This document shows positions 19,155 through 29,803 of a stretch of DNA of 64,000 bases, piece after piece. The DNA lies in the NCBI GenBank assembly GCA_963823665.1, contig CAWGMQ010000005.1, positions 1,536,001-1,600,000 of the forward strand, read 5' to 3'. The notes below the pieces were generated by a model that was given only the letters and a program-made list of their open reading frames with translations, had not been told where the DNA came from and searched no databases. The stretch is from an uncultured Planctomycetota bacterium (lineage in GTDB: Bacteria; Planctomycetota; Planctomycetia; Isosphaerales; Isosphaeraceae). The translations under genes and the position numbers were made by a program. Positions within the stretch are counted from its first letter, which is position 1. The number at the start of each line of letters is the position of its first letter.

Positions 19155-20905
19155 GCCTTGCCGTCACCAACCCACAGGGGGTAGCAACGACGCCGGTCAC
19201 CGCGATGCAAACGGCCCGCGCGCTGCGCTGGCTGCGCTGGCGCTTGACGCGAAATACCATTGCCTCGCTGCTTTCCGGCTCGAGGCTGCGGTTGTCGATG
19301 GTCCTCATTTGCAGCCTGATATTCTGGCTCGGGCTCTTCGCGCTTTTTCTGGGCGGTTTTGAGTACATCGGGCTGTCGGACGAGCTGTTCCGGACGATGT
19401 TCGAGTACCTGTTCAGCATGTTCTTCCTGTCGATCTCGATCATGCTGTTCTTCTCGACGGGCATCATCACGTACACGGGGCTCTTCCATTCGCGGGAAGG
19501 GGCGTTTCTGCTTTCGACGCCGGCCACGACCGATCGGATCTTCGCCTACAAGTTCGCTGAATCGGTGGCCATCTCAAGCTGGGGCTTCTTTCTGCTGGGG
19601 TCGCCGCTGATGGCAGCTTACGGGCTAACGACCGAAGCGCCGGCCGCCTTTTACGCGATGTTCGTGATTTACCTGCTGATGTTCGTGCTGATTGCGGGGA
19701 GCTTGGGCGCGATCGTCGCGATCGTGGTGGCCAACGTTTTTCCCAAGCGACAGAAGGGAGTGCTCGCCGCCGGCATCATCACGATTCTGGCGCTCTTCGT
19801 CGCGCTGGCGGTTCGCCTCTGGCGCACGCCCGGGGACACGCTGACGGGCGACTGGCTGGGCAACATTCAGAACCGGCTGGCCTTCTGCCAGAACCCGCTC
19901 TGGCCGAGCCGGTGGATGTCGGCCGGGCTGCTGGCCTCGGCGCGCGGTGAATGGTCGCGGTCGGGCTATTACCTCATGGTGCTGTCGGCGCATGCGGCGC
20001 TTGCGTACCTGGCAGCGGCGGCGGTGGCGCGCGACCTCTACTTCCGGGGGTACTGCCGGGCGCAGGGAATCCGCAGCAGCCGGCGGCGAAAGTGGTTTCA
20101 CGCGGTCGACGAGGTTTTCCACCGCCTGTTCTTCTTCGTTCCCCGGCCGATTCGCTTGCTGCTGCTCAAAGACCTTCGCACCTTCTGCCGCGACCCGGCG
20201 CAATGGTCTCAGTTCCTCATCTTCTTCGGGCTGCTGGCGTTCTATTTCCTGAATATTCCGCGGCTCGGGTACGGCGTTCAGAGCCCCACGTGGCGGAACA
20301 TGGTCAGCTTCTTGAACCTGTCGGTGACGGCGCTCATCCTCTCGACGTTCACCAGCCGGTTCATCTTCCCGCTGCTCTCGCTCGAAGGCCGGAATTTCTG
20401 GGTCCTGGGCCTGCTTCCGCTCGGGCGAAAGCAAATCCTCTGGGGCAAGTTTGCTTTCTCGGTCGGGATCTCGATCCTGGCGACGGAGGGGCTGGTGTTC
20501 CTGTCCGACGTCATGCTCGGGATGGGCCCGGTGATGATCGCGCTGCACCTTGCGATGGTGGCCGTGCTGTGCGCGGGTCTCTCGGGGATCAGCGTGGGGC
20601 TCGGCGCGCGACTGCCCAACCTGCGCGAGACTGACCCTTCCAAGATTGCCGTCGGCTTCGGCGGCACTCTCAACCTGCTGGTGAGCCTGGTTTACATATT
20701 CGCCATCGTCACGGCGATGGCGATTCCGTGCCATCTTTATTTCCTGAGCGTCGAGTATCCGAGCGCGACCACTCTTGCACTCTCGCACGGCGGGCTTCGA
20801 GCGGGGCTCTCGATCGCGGTGATCATCAGCCTGGTCATCAGCGTTCTGGGAACGATTGTTCCCCTACGAATCGGAATCAAGGCGTTCGAGCGCATGGAAT
20901 TCTGA
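19151..20905 (+). CDS. ABC-2 type transporter permease, multi-pass membrane protein
   Basis: More than ten hydrophobic segments, LLSTP and SLEGRNFWVL..LP motifs, ATGA overlap with ATPase. Confidence 0.88.
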   Translation: MSLAVTNPQGVATTPVTAMQTARALRWLRWRLTRNTIASLLSGSRLRLSMVLICSLIFWLGLFALFLGGFEYIGLSDELFRTMFEYLFSMFFLSISIMLFFSTGIITYTGLFHSREGAFLLSTPATTDRIFAYKFAESVAISSWGFFLLGSPLMAAYGLTTEAPAAFYAMFVIYLLMFVLIAGSLGAIVAIVVANVFPKRQKGVLAAGIITILALFVALAVRLWRTPGDTLTGDWLGNIQNRLAFCQNPLWPSRWMSAGLLASARGEWSRSGYYLMVLSAHAALAYLAAAAVARDLYFRGYCRAQGIRSSRRRKWFHAVDEVFHRLFFFVPRPIRLLLLKDLRTFCRDPAQWSQFLIFFGLLAFYFLNIPRLGYGVQSPTWRNMVSFLNLSVTALILSTFTSRFIFPLLSLEGRNFWVLGLLPLGRKQILWGKFAFSVGISILATEGLVFLSDVMLGMGPVMIALHLAMVAVLCAGLSGISVGLGARLPNLRETDPSKIAVGFGGTLNLLVSLVYIFAIVTAMAIPCHLYFLSVEYPSATTLALSHGGLRAGLSIAVIISLVISVLGTIVPLRIGIKAFERMEF

Positions 20906-22087
20906 CGATGACGCAATCCAGGCGATCAGCCGGCGATTGGGCGAGCTGAAGGCAAACTCGCCGAGGCGCTCGGGCTCGACCCAGCGGGCGCTCAGGAATC
21001 CGAGGCCGGGTCTGACTTCGCCGGAGGAGGCACGGGCCAGGTGGACGATCAGCTTCACCCGGTGCTTGGTGACGCTGTAGGAGATGGTTTTGCTGGGCGG
21101 AGAGATCCGGGAGGTGAGCGATGTCATGAGCTTGATGGGTTCCTGAAGATCACCGGGAGAGCCCACCGGCCTGCCGGCTGGATTCACTCCTTCGAGGTGC
21201 ACCGTGGGGAATTCCCAGAAGCGCTCCCAGAGTCCGCCGGGTGCTCGTTGGAGGATCAAGACGCGGCCGTCGCGTACCAGAATGACCGCGGCCTCGGTGA
21301 CCTGGAGCGGGGGGGCCTTCGGGGTCGACACCGGCAGTTTATCTTGGAGGCCGAGGCGCCGTGCCTGGCAGAGCGGCGACAACGGGCAAACCAGGCAGCC
21401 CGGCTCACGCGGCGTGCAGACCAAAGCTCCCAGATCCATGAGCGCCTGGTTGAACGCACCGGGACTTTCAGGCGGCACCAGGCGCGCGGCAGCCTGCCAG
21501 AGCCGATCTTTTGTGGAGGCGACCTTGATATCCTCACGAATGGCGAGCAGACGCGCCAAGACGCGCTGGCTGTTTGCTTCGACGATGGGCTCCGGCCGAT
21601 CCATTGCAAAGGAGAGGATTGCGCCGGCGATGTAGCGGCCGACGCCCGGCAGAGCCCGGATCGCCGCCGGGTCGTCCGGCATCACGCCTCTATGGTCGCG
21701 CACGATTGTGCGCGCGGCCGCATGGAGCTGCCGTGCGCGGCGGTAATAGCCCAGGCCCTCCCACGCCTTGATCACTTCGGCTTCATCGGCGCGGGCTAGC
21801 GCGGCCGCGTCGGGAAAGCGGGTCACAAATCGCTCGAAAAAAGGAATCACGGCGGCGACTGTGGTCTGAACCAGCATCATCTCCGAGACGAGGATGCGAT
21901 ACGCATCCCGGGTTGCCCGCCACGGCAGGTTCCGCCCGGAATCGCCGTACCAAACGACGAGCCTTTGGCGCACGGCCGCGACCCAGTCGGAATCGCCAAC
22001 CGGAAAGGCTTCGCCACGATCGAGCGCTGGCCCGCGCTCTCGCCGCTGCCCGGTGTTTTCCACGTTTTTCGATCCGTTGCGCCGCAC
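20864..22087 (-). CDS. mutY: A/G-specific adenine DNA glycosylase (start may be GTG 22063)
   Basis: RNLPWR, YRILVSEMMLVQT, WEGLGYYRRAR, HhH LPGVGRYIAGAI, FNQALMDLGA, 4Fe-4S CTPREPGCLVCPLSPLC, C-terminal NUDIX-like WEFP. Confidence 0.95.
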   Translation of the reverse strand: MRRNGSKNVENTGQRRERGPALDRGEAFPVGDSDWVAAVRQRLVVWYGDSGRNLPWRATRDAYRILVSEMMLVQTTVAAVIPFFERFVTRFPDAAALARADEAEVIKAWEGLGYYRRARQLHAAARTIVRDHRGVMPDDPAAIRALPGVGRYIAGAILSFAMDRPEPIVEANSQRVLARLLAIREDIKVASTKDRLWQAAARLVPPESPGAFNQALMDLGALVCTPREPGCLVCPLSPLCQARRLGLQDKLPVSTPKAPPLQVTEAAVILVRDGRVLILQRAPGGLWERFWEFPTVHLEGVNPAGRPVGSPGDLQEPIKLMTSLTSRISPPSKTISYSVTKHRVKLIVHLARASSGEVRPGLGFLSARWVEPERLGEFAFSSPNRRLIAWIASSSEFHALERLDSDS

Positions 22088-22508
22088 AAATCACATCCCT
22101 TTCTCACAAAACAATAACCCGTATTCAAGGCAGTCATATTCGTATACACAATATCATCTGCGTGCGACAGCGCATTGAATCCTTGTCGCGGGATAATTTC
22201 TGTCAAGACCTGCTTAAGAAAACCCGAATAAGTATTCTACTCGCGCGATTCGATTGACGATACGGGATATACGAAAGGTGTATTTGGGCGTTGACTGAAC
22301 CTGCGGGACAAGGCCCGGCGGCGGGGTGTCGTTGATTCTTTCGTGGTGAAGAGGCGGTGTCCAGACCGTGCCGCGCGGTGGTGGGGCGCATCCGCGCTTG
22401 CTGTGCGGGCGGAGCGTTTTCCGGATCGCGAGCTTGGGATGAACGGATCGGGCTGGAGGACGAGGAAGCTTCTATCTGCAACCGAACGGTTGATCGCAGA
22501 GGTCAAGA

Positions 22509-22793
22509 ATGGAGAGGGAACCAGTTGTCTCGACTGTGCTCAGTGAGGTCGGTTACGACGCGTCGTGCCGGACGCTGGAAATACTGTTCCAGAGCGGTGC
22601 AATCTACCTTTACTACTTCGTGCCTGAAGAGGTGCACCGCGGCCTGATGGGCGCCGCGTCCCTCGGCACTTATTTCAATAAAGAGATCAAACGAGTCTAT
22701 GAGCACCATCGGATCGCAGAGCCGTATGACGTACCGAAGCCGCGACCACGAAAGCGTGCAGGCAGCCGACCTCGGTCGCGGAAGCGGCAATAG
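22509..22793 (+). CDS. KTSC domain protein
   Basis: MEREPVVSTVLSEVGYD...LEILFQSGAIYLYYFVP...LMGAASLGTYFNKEIK. Confidence 0.88.
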   Translation: MEREPVVSTVLSEVGYDASCRTLEILFQSGAIYLYYFVPEEVHRGLMGAASLGTYFNKEIKRVYEHHRIAEPYDVPKPRPRKRAGSRPRSRKRQ

Positions 22794-23057
22794 CGGGGAA
22801 ATGCGGATCGAGGACCGTTCACCGGTCATTCTCAGGCTTGTGGCTCGAGCAGAGCCCAATCGAGCCACCAGGCTCAGGTATTCGCCGGCGTGTGTGATTG
22901 CTACTTCGCCACAAGACTCACTGAGGTGGAATGTGGGCAAAAAACGGTCTCGGAGTGAAGGGCCATCGAGAAAATACGCGAGGTCATTCCCTGGGACGAG
23001 CGGGCCAAAGGGGGTGGCGCGGCGGCTGGACGCGGGGGATCGGCCGAGGGCTGATTC

Positions 23058-23687
23058 GTGGCCCCGCCCGATGCATCCGGCGCACGGGGAATTCGACCGA
23101 GGCTGAGTGAAGACCAGCGCGGACTGGCGACTCGGTACCTGCATATGGCGGAATCGCTCGCCAGAGCGTACGAGGCGCGCCAGGAGTTCGAGCGCGATGA
23201 GCTGCGATCGACGGCCTACATGGCGCTCGTCGAAGCCGCCCGGACGTTCGATCCGTACCGGAAAGTGAATTTCGCGACCTTTGCGCGCCACCGGATCCGG
23301 GGAGCGCTGCGGGATTACGCCCGGTTCTTGCTGTCGGAGAACTGGCGGGGCCTCGAAACGGTTCGACCTTCGTTTCAAGGACTCGGCACGAACGTGGAAC
23401 AACACGGACGCGTGGTCGGGATCAAGGGCGAGAAGCCGGTCGGCACGGAAATCGAGTCGCTGGAAGACCTGGAGCAGTGGTTCCGGCGCTTGCCGCCGGT
23501 GCACGCGCTCATTTGCCGGCTGATCTACGTGGGTCGCAAGAGCCAGGAGGAGGTGACCCAGCTTCTGAGCTGCTCCAGAGGGCATGTCTCTCGGATGCAC
23601 ACCGAAGCGCTAACCTTGCTTATCGACGGATTCATACCTCGCCACAAACGGAACGCGAATGCCGGGCTCGAGAATCATATCGAGTGA
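23058..23687 (+). CDS. Sigma-70 family factor, FliA/WhiG-like region 2 plus region 4
   Basis: ELRSTAYMALVEAARTFDPYRKVNFATFARHRIRGALRD; SQEEVTQLLSCSRGHVSRMHTEAL. Confidence 0.85.
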   Translation: MAPPDASGARGIRPRLSEDQRGLATRYLHMAESLARAYEARQEFERDELRSTAYMALVEAARTFDPYRKVNFATFARHRIRGALRDYARFLLSENWRGLETVRPSFQGLGTNVEQHGRVVGIKGEKPVGTEIESLEDLEQWFRRLPPVHALICRLIYVGRKSQEEVTQLLSCSRGHVSRMHTEALTLLIDGFIPRHKRNANAGLENHIE

Positions 23688-23749
23688 GCCGCGCGGGGCG
23701 AGCAGTCAAGGGAGACCCGAACGTGGATCCGACACCAGAATCGCTGGCT

Positions 23750-24925
23750 TCACGCGGCTCTGGTCGGAGCTGCCTGCTGGACGTGCAATTCGACGAACTG
23801 GCGGATCGAGCCAACGACGTGGGTCTGTTGCTCGACGGTCAGCTCGGGATAGATCGGCAGTGCAATTGTTTCGTGGGCGGCGGCTTCGGCGCTCGGGAAA
23901 TCACCGCTCGTGTGACCCAAGGCGCTGAAGCAGGGCTGCAGGTGGAGCGGGATGGGGTAGTAGATTTCAGTGCCGATCTGGCGGGCGGTCAGGTATTCGC
24001 GGAGGGGGTCGCGGAGGGAGGCGGGAACGCGGATGATGAACTGGTTGTAGACGTGATAGAAGCCCTCGCGCTCTCGCGGCAGGCTGATCACGCCAGTAAG
24101 ACCGAGGTCGTCGAAGAGCTTCTGATAGCGTGCGGCGGCCTCGCGGCGATCGTTAGTCCAGGCCTCGAGGTGGCGCAGCTTGACGCGGAGCACGGCGGCC
24201 TGGAGAGCATCGAGCCGCGAGTTGAAACCGACCTCATGATGATGGTATTTGGGCTCCATCCCGTGGACGCGCAGTCGTGCGAGTAGACGGCCGAGCTCGG
24301 TTTCGTTCGTGACCATCATGCCCGCGTCACCGAAGGCCCCGAGGTTCTTGGACGGATAGAAGCTGAACGCACCGACATGACCGAGACTTCCGGAGGGATG
24401 TTCGTGATAGCGGGCACCGATCGCCTGAGCCGCGTCTTCCAGGACAAAGAGCCCGTGCTTCCTGGCGATCTGATTGATCGGGCCCATGTCGGCCATTTGA
24501 CCGTAGAGATGGACCGGAATGATCGCGCGGGTGCGGGATGTGATGGCCGCTTCGATCTGCGTGGGGTCAATGTTATAGGTATCGGGCTCGATGTCGACGA
24601 AAACGGGCTTCGCGCCGGTTCGCCAGATGGAGCCGGCGGTGGCGAAGAATGAGTAGGGGGAGGTGATCACCTCGTCGCCGGCCCCGATATTGGCGGCCAT
24701 CAAGGGCAGGAGCAAGGCGTCGGTGCCGGAAGCGCAGCCGATGCCGCGCTTCGTGCCGCACAGCGCCGCGATCTCGGACTCGAGCGCAGCGACCTGCGGA
24801 CCCATCACGAACATCTGGCTTTCGAGCAGCTCGAGAACCACGGGCTCGATCTCGTCGCGAATCGTGGCGTACTGGGCCTTGAGGTCGAGCACGGGAACCG
24901 AGACGGATTTGAGCGAGACACTCAT
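23750..24925 (-). CDS. DegT/DnrJ/EryC1/StrS family PLP-dependent aminotransferase
   Basis: VPVLDLKAQY, ASGTDAL, PVHLYGQ, EDAAQAIG, FSFYPSKNLG (PLP lysine), NSRLDALQAA, YYPIPLHLQ. Confidence 0.95.
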   Translation of the reverse strand: MSVSLKSVSVPVLDLKAQYATIRDEIEPVVLELLESQMFVMGPQVAALESEIAALCGTKRGIGCASGTDALLLPLMAANIGAGDEVITSPYSFFATAGSIWRTGAKPVFVDIEPDTYNIDPTQIEAAITSRTRAIIPVHLYGQMADMGPINQIARKHGLFVLEDAAQAIGARYHEHPSGSLGHVGAFSFYPSKNLGAFGDAGMMVTNETELGRLLARLRVHGMEPKYHHHEVGFNSRLDALQAAVLRVKLRHLEAWTNDRREAAARYQKLFDDLGLTGVISLPREREGFYHVYNQFIIRVPASLRDPLREYLTARQIGTEIYYPIPLHLQPCFSALGHTSGDFPSAEAAAHETIALPIYPELTVEQQTHVVGSIRQFVELHVQQAAPTRAA

Positions 24926-25228
24926 CGGCGATCACTCCCTTGACGCCTGGGCCGAGGGCGCTTGGCTGAGCAGCCCGTTGCGCACAATCTCCCTCCCTGG
25001 AGATATCGGCCGGGGAACGCTACTGCTTTGGGCGCGATGTGTCAATGGCAGCCGTACTTTTCGCAAGTATTACTATAGCAATGGGTTGCGACATGAGATC
25101 GATTCGCGTCTGGTGGGAGTGGCGGGAGTTGTCGTTGTACAGCGGCACCGGATCGGGGCAGAACCCAAGAAGGCGCTGCCTCCGAAGAAGGGGAAAAAGC
25201 GGCGGGATGTGGTGCTCGCGCGCGGTGA

Positions 25229-25618
25229 TCAACGCTCGCGGGTCCACGCCGCGGAGCCTTCTCGTCCGCGCACGATGTCGTCCACGACAAGAATCAATTG
25301 ATGGTTGTGATCGCTGTAGAGCACTTCGATGTTGACGCCGGCTTCAGCCATCCGGCGCGTTAGCTGACCGAGCTGGCCGGGGAGGTCTTGGTTGAGTCTC
25401 TGAACGAGCACTTCCCGCTCCGCGAGGACTCGAATGCCCGCCGCCTCTAGTGCCTGGCGAGCGGCCTTGGCGTCTTCGAACAGGAAGTGGGCGATACCTG
25501 CGCCAGCGGCGACCCAGGCGCCGCCGCCCTCGATGCTCACGCCGGAGCGGCCGAGGGCCTCGCCCATCTCGGCGAGGGCGCCGGGGTGGTTTTCGAGGAA
25601 GATTGCCAGGTCTTTCAT
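25229..25618 (-). CDS. ACT domain-containing protein (two ACT-like repeats)
   Basis: LENHPGALAEMGEALGRSGVSIEG and DLPGQLGQLTRRMAEAGVNIEVLYS. Confidence 0.85.
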   Translation of the reverse strand: MKDLAIFLENHPGALAEMGEALGRSGVSIEGGGAWVAAGAGIAHFLFEDAKAARQALEAAGIRVLAEREVLVQRLNQDLPGQLGQLTRRMAEAGVNIEVLYSDHNHQLILVVDDIVRGREGSAAWTRER

Positions 25619-25765
25619 GATGGGAGCGCTCGATTGAGTGATTTGAATGGGGTTGAGCGAACGTCGAGCTGATGAACTTGGGTACTTATGAAGAATCGTC
25701 AGGCTAAAGCGTGACCTACCAGTCCGTCTATCGCTGGGTATCTGGCTTTCCTCTCGATCGGGAGG

Positions 25766-26520
25766 TCACCGTTTTACGTTGAAAATCGGCGAGCGAGACC
25801 GAATTAGTTCCAGCTCCAGAGCCCTTCGGATACGTTGTGTGATTGATTTGTCCAAGACCTGAAGCTCCAGATTGAGCGAGGCGTCGCCGAACTCCCAGAG
25901 CCATCGCACAACTCTTTGTTATCAGAGTGATCGATGTGCTTGCGGATTCGATTCTGAAGGTTTTCGCACTCACCTACGTAAAGCGTCGCCGTACTCGAGT
26001 AGAAGAGATACAACCCCGGGCTCTGCGGCAGCATGTCGAGAGTCAAGCCGTCGACTTTGAATTGAAGTACCTTGCTGGGCCGCGCGACGCGTGCTAGCAA
26101 TTCGGGCTTAAGTCGTTGTTGCTTTCGCAGGTTCAAAGCAGCCCATCGGTATTCGAATGGGTTTCCTCCCGGCACGATCGTCGTCGCGATCTCGTCGAAT
26201 CGTTCGGCATAATGTGGATCACAGATAATATGATCGAGTGTAACGTCGTTCTCTCGCTCCAGGAACCGCGCGGCGATTTCTGCCGCAAAGCGATAGTCGA
26301 GGTGACCTCTCAGAACCGTGCGTCGAGAAGCCAAGCCGCGGAGGGAACCACGTTTTCTCAGGTTAAGTAAAGTCCGGTTCAACGTCGCTGCATCGGAGCC
26401 TAATCCCAGCCGATTGCATTCGCTCAGATAGGCGCGGTTCAAGTCTGGATCCGCTACAACACGGTCGGGCGAGTACCCTTGGCTCGCGAGATGAAAAGCC
26501 TGGCGGATCTCCTCTTTCAT
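25766..26520 (-). CDS. GIY-YIG nuclease with N-terminal duplicated helical domain; frameshift near 25908
   Basis: Starts MKEEIRQAF at an ATGA overlap with the upstream MTase fusion; PGLYLFY...LYVGECENLQNRIRKH, then after a one-base shift RWLWEFG...RALELELIRSRSPIFNVKR*. Confidence 0.82.
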
Positions 26521-28243
26521 GCCGCGGTTGGCTCCGGAAAATTCAAGCTTGGGCTCGGGCTTGCCGATCGAATCAACCGCTTCTGCATGCCCAGCAGGTC
26601 GATCGGGTCCGTTCCTTCTTCTTTCTGAAGGAATGAAATCGACTCGGCGCCCCGTTGCCGTACCCAGTGCTCGAGCTGTCCGTCGCCGAATTGCATGGAG
26701 AATCGCTTGTGCAGATTCAGCGTGCCACCAACGTAATGAATTTCTTGCGAGTGCCCTCTGATCAGATACAGTCCAGGCGAGTCCGAGATATTCTTCACCC
26801 TGCGCCACGATTTGAGTTGCTCGCTCGATTTGAATTCGTCGAGAGAAAGGTCTTCGAAAAGCTCTGAGCGGCCGAGAGCTTTGCTGGACTTTTTTCGCAA
26901 GGTAAGAGCGCCCCACCGGTATTGCAATGACGTGAATCCAGGTGCCAGCGCTGCGCTTTCTCGTCAAATTGACGGGCTAGCTCCGGATCGCAAAGAATAT
27001 CGTCGAGTGTGCCGTGAGCTCTCATGTCGCTCCAAGCAATTTCGCTGGCGAACAGGAATTTGTCATACTCCGACCACGAGTACTCTGTTCGTTTTAGCGT
27101 TTGGAATTCTACCAATCTGCCGGCCTTTCGATGTCTCATGAGATAATGATTCCAGTCCCTCGCGGTGCCCGGAAGGCTGAGTTCCTGGCATTTTGTGGCG
27201 AGAGCCGATGCGAGCGCCGGGTCGGCGAGGACGCGGTCGAGCGAGTAGCCGTCGTAGACTGATTCGTAGGCCCTGATCAGTTGCTGTTGGGCCTTAAGGA
27301 GCTCGAGATCGAGAGCGTGGCCGTGCTTGGTCGACACGGGGACCGTTTTTTGCGTCCGTTTGTCGTGCGGCGAGTTCGGCGTGCTCGGCGCGCTTACGAG
27401 CGGCTCTGGCGCGCCCTCGAGCGGGTCACCGGGGCGCGTGCTCTCCATTCGTGCCGTACCTCGCTTGACGTATTCCGCGGAGAGCTCAAATCCGATGAAC
27501 CTGCGCTCTAGCTTCTTGGCGACGGCGAGCGTGGTCGCGCTGCCGGAAAACGGATCGACGACCAAATCGCCGGGGTTTGAGCACATGCGGATAATGCGAC
27601 CCAGAAGCTGCTCTGGCATCTGGCAGCCATGAAACCCGGCACGTTCACCGAAGGTTCCCGCGACTCGTGGGAAATACCATGTGTCTTCCGCAGGCGTGAA
27701 GCAGTCAACAAGATCTTGGGGACGGAGAATCCAGGTATCATCCGGCAATCGGCCCCGCGGATTAGCGCGTCTGTCGTTGTAGACCAACTGTCGAGCCGAC
27801 GGAATTCGATTCGCGTGTTGCAGGAACGTGAACTGTTTCGGGTTTTTCACAAAATAGAACAAATGCGCGTGCGATCGCGTGAACTTATGAGTGCAATTCA
27901 CTCCGAATGTGTAGTACCAGATCACCCAGCTACGCATCGTGAAACCGATATCCTGAGAGAGGACCTTCATCTCGGCGGCGTATTCATCTCCGATTGCCAG
28001 CCAGAAGGTTCCCGAGGGCGTCAGAACGCGGAAGACCTGTTCGACCCAGGTCCGGGACCAACCGAGATACTCGTCTCGACCCTTCTTGTCATGATAAACG
28101 TCGTAGTCGTAACCGATATTGAAAGGAGGATCGGCAAATGCGAGATCAACGCAACCTTCTGGAAGCTTGGACAGCGATTTGACGCAATCACCTTGGACGA
28201 TCGTGTTGACGAAATTCGGCTGGTTTCTGCTCTGCATGATCAA
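26517..28243 (-). CDS. Beta-class N4/N6 DNA methyltransferase fused to duplicated helical domain and degenerate GIY-YIG domain; frameshift near 26950
   Basis: IVQGDC, motif [19 protein letters not shown], motif [19 protein letters not shown]; then [11 protein letters not shown]...TLDDILCDP; after a one-base shift [19 protein letters not shown]...PGLYLIR...HYVG...PSLN. Confidence 0.88.
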
Positions 28244-28444
28244 CCTCTGCTTGTGCGACTAGCACAAGGTGATATTCGAAAACCAATTGGCCTAGTAAAT
28301 AACCGATGTACAGTAGAAGTTCAAGCGGCAGCAAGCTCGGGCGGCGGCAATTCCCTCGCCAACTTGTGGGCCACCCTCGGCGGTAGCGCGATCTTGATTT
28401 CTACTTACGGCCGACTCGGCATGACCACTTTCGGAGCTGCGAGG

Positions 28445-29438
28445 ATGGCTGAACCAAATCGAGTCGATCTCTGGGCGCTGATTGATCTGGCGACGCCGTG
28501 GTGCGTTCACGTGGCTGCGACCTTGCGGATCGCCGATCACATGGCTTCGGGGATCACGCAGGTTGATGACCTGGCTGTGGCGGCGGGTGCCGACGCAGGT
28601 TCGCTGGAACGCGTGCTGAGGCATCTGGTGGGTAAAGGCGTGTTTGCGGAGCCGGCACCGCGGACGTTCGTACTGAATGAGCCCGCGCGTGCGCTGCTCG
28701 AGACGGCGATGCGGCCGGGGCTGGATCTTGAGGGGATTGGTGGGCGGATGGCGCACGCGTGGGGGAGTTTGCTCACCGCCGTGCGGACGGGGGCGCCGGC
28801 CTATCATACGGTTTTCGGGCTGCCGTTCTGGGAGGACTTGGAGGCGCATCCGGACGTTGGCGCCAGCTTCGATGCGCTCATGGGGCCGAGCGGACACGGC
28901 ATTCCTGATCCCGAGGTGCTGGTCTCGGGCGGATGGGAAAGCGCGCGCACCGTAGTCGACGTCGGGGGCGGGACAGGATCACTGCTCGCCGAGATTCTGC
29001 GCAAGCGGCTGACGGTGCGCGGGACACTGGTCGATCTGCCGGCGACGGTTGCGCGATCGGCTGAGATATTTCAGGCCGCCGGAGTGGCTGATCGCGTGAC
29101 TGCGGTGACGCAAAGTTTCTTCGAACCTCTGCCAGCCGGTGCGGATCTGTATCTTTTGAAGAATGTGCTCGGGGACTGGCCGGATCCCGAGGCCCGTGTG
29201 ATCCTCACTCGCTGCGCGGAGGCGGCGCGGGCTGGCGGTCGTGTTGCCATCCTCGGCGGAGTGTCGGGCGATGAGAGCCGGGCGCCGGATCCGGAGCTGT
29301 TGATGATGGTTCTTGTCGGTGGGAAGAGTCGAAGCCTTGCGGAATTTCGCGAGCTGGCGCGCGGCCGGGCTGGAGGTGCTGGCCACGGGGAGGCAGCCAA
29401 CAGGGCGGTTTGTGGTTGAGTGCGGGCCGATTGGTTAA
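28445..29438 (+). CDS. SAM-dependent O-methyltransferase (COMT-like); frameshift near 29361
   Basis: Dimerisation region LERVLRHLVGKGVF, VVDVGGGTG, DLPATV, SFFEPLPAGADLYLLKNVLGDWPD; shifted frame gives AGLEVLATGRQPTGRFVVECGPIG*. Confidence 0.88.
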
Positions 29439-29494
29439 GGGCTTTCGCGGGCTGCGAGACGGTTTGCCGTACTGGTTCGGGGTTACGTCCTGTC

Positions 29495-29517
29495 GGTCCG
29501 CAACGGCGGACCCTACG
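29495..29517 (-). repeat. Single GTAG-type REP
   Basis: Reverse strand reads CGTAGGGTCCGCCGTTGCGGACC (GTAG foot plus palindrome), just after a stop codon. Confidence 0.6.
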
Positions 29518-29803
29518 GGCTGAAGACCTGTCCAGACCCGGCATTCAGAAATATGGCAGTCGAGACGCATGAAAGAATTCTCGGCGACGTGCGTACTGAG
29601 TGCTGGAGGCGCTCGTTCAGGCGTGGCCGACCAGTCCATGCGGATAGAGTGGCTCTCGCCCGAGGAGACTGTAGCTCACCGGTAGAGCGCCTGCTTTTGT
29701 CAAAGTATGGGGGAAGTCGGTTCGATTCCGACCCGTCTTCTCGGGCCTTGATTGTCTCTTGGACCGCGCGGCAAGCCTGGTCGAGAACAGGCGGAGGAAT
29801 CGT

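Noticed and set aside
27629..28420. Apparent 596-aa ORF with a long N-terminal extension on the O-methyltransferase
   Set aside because: The extension is mostly the antisense frame of the DNA methyltransferase; O-methyltransferase similarity starts near 28445.
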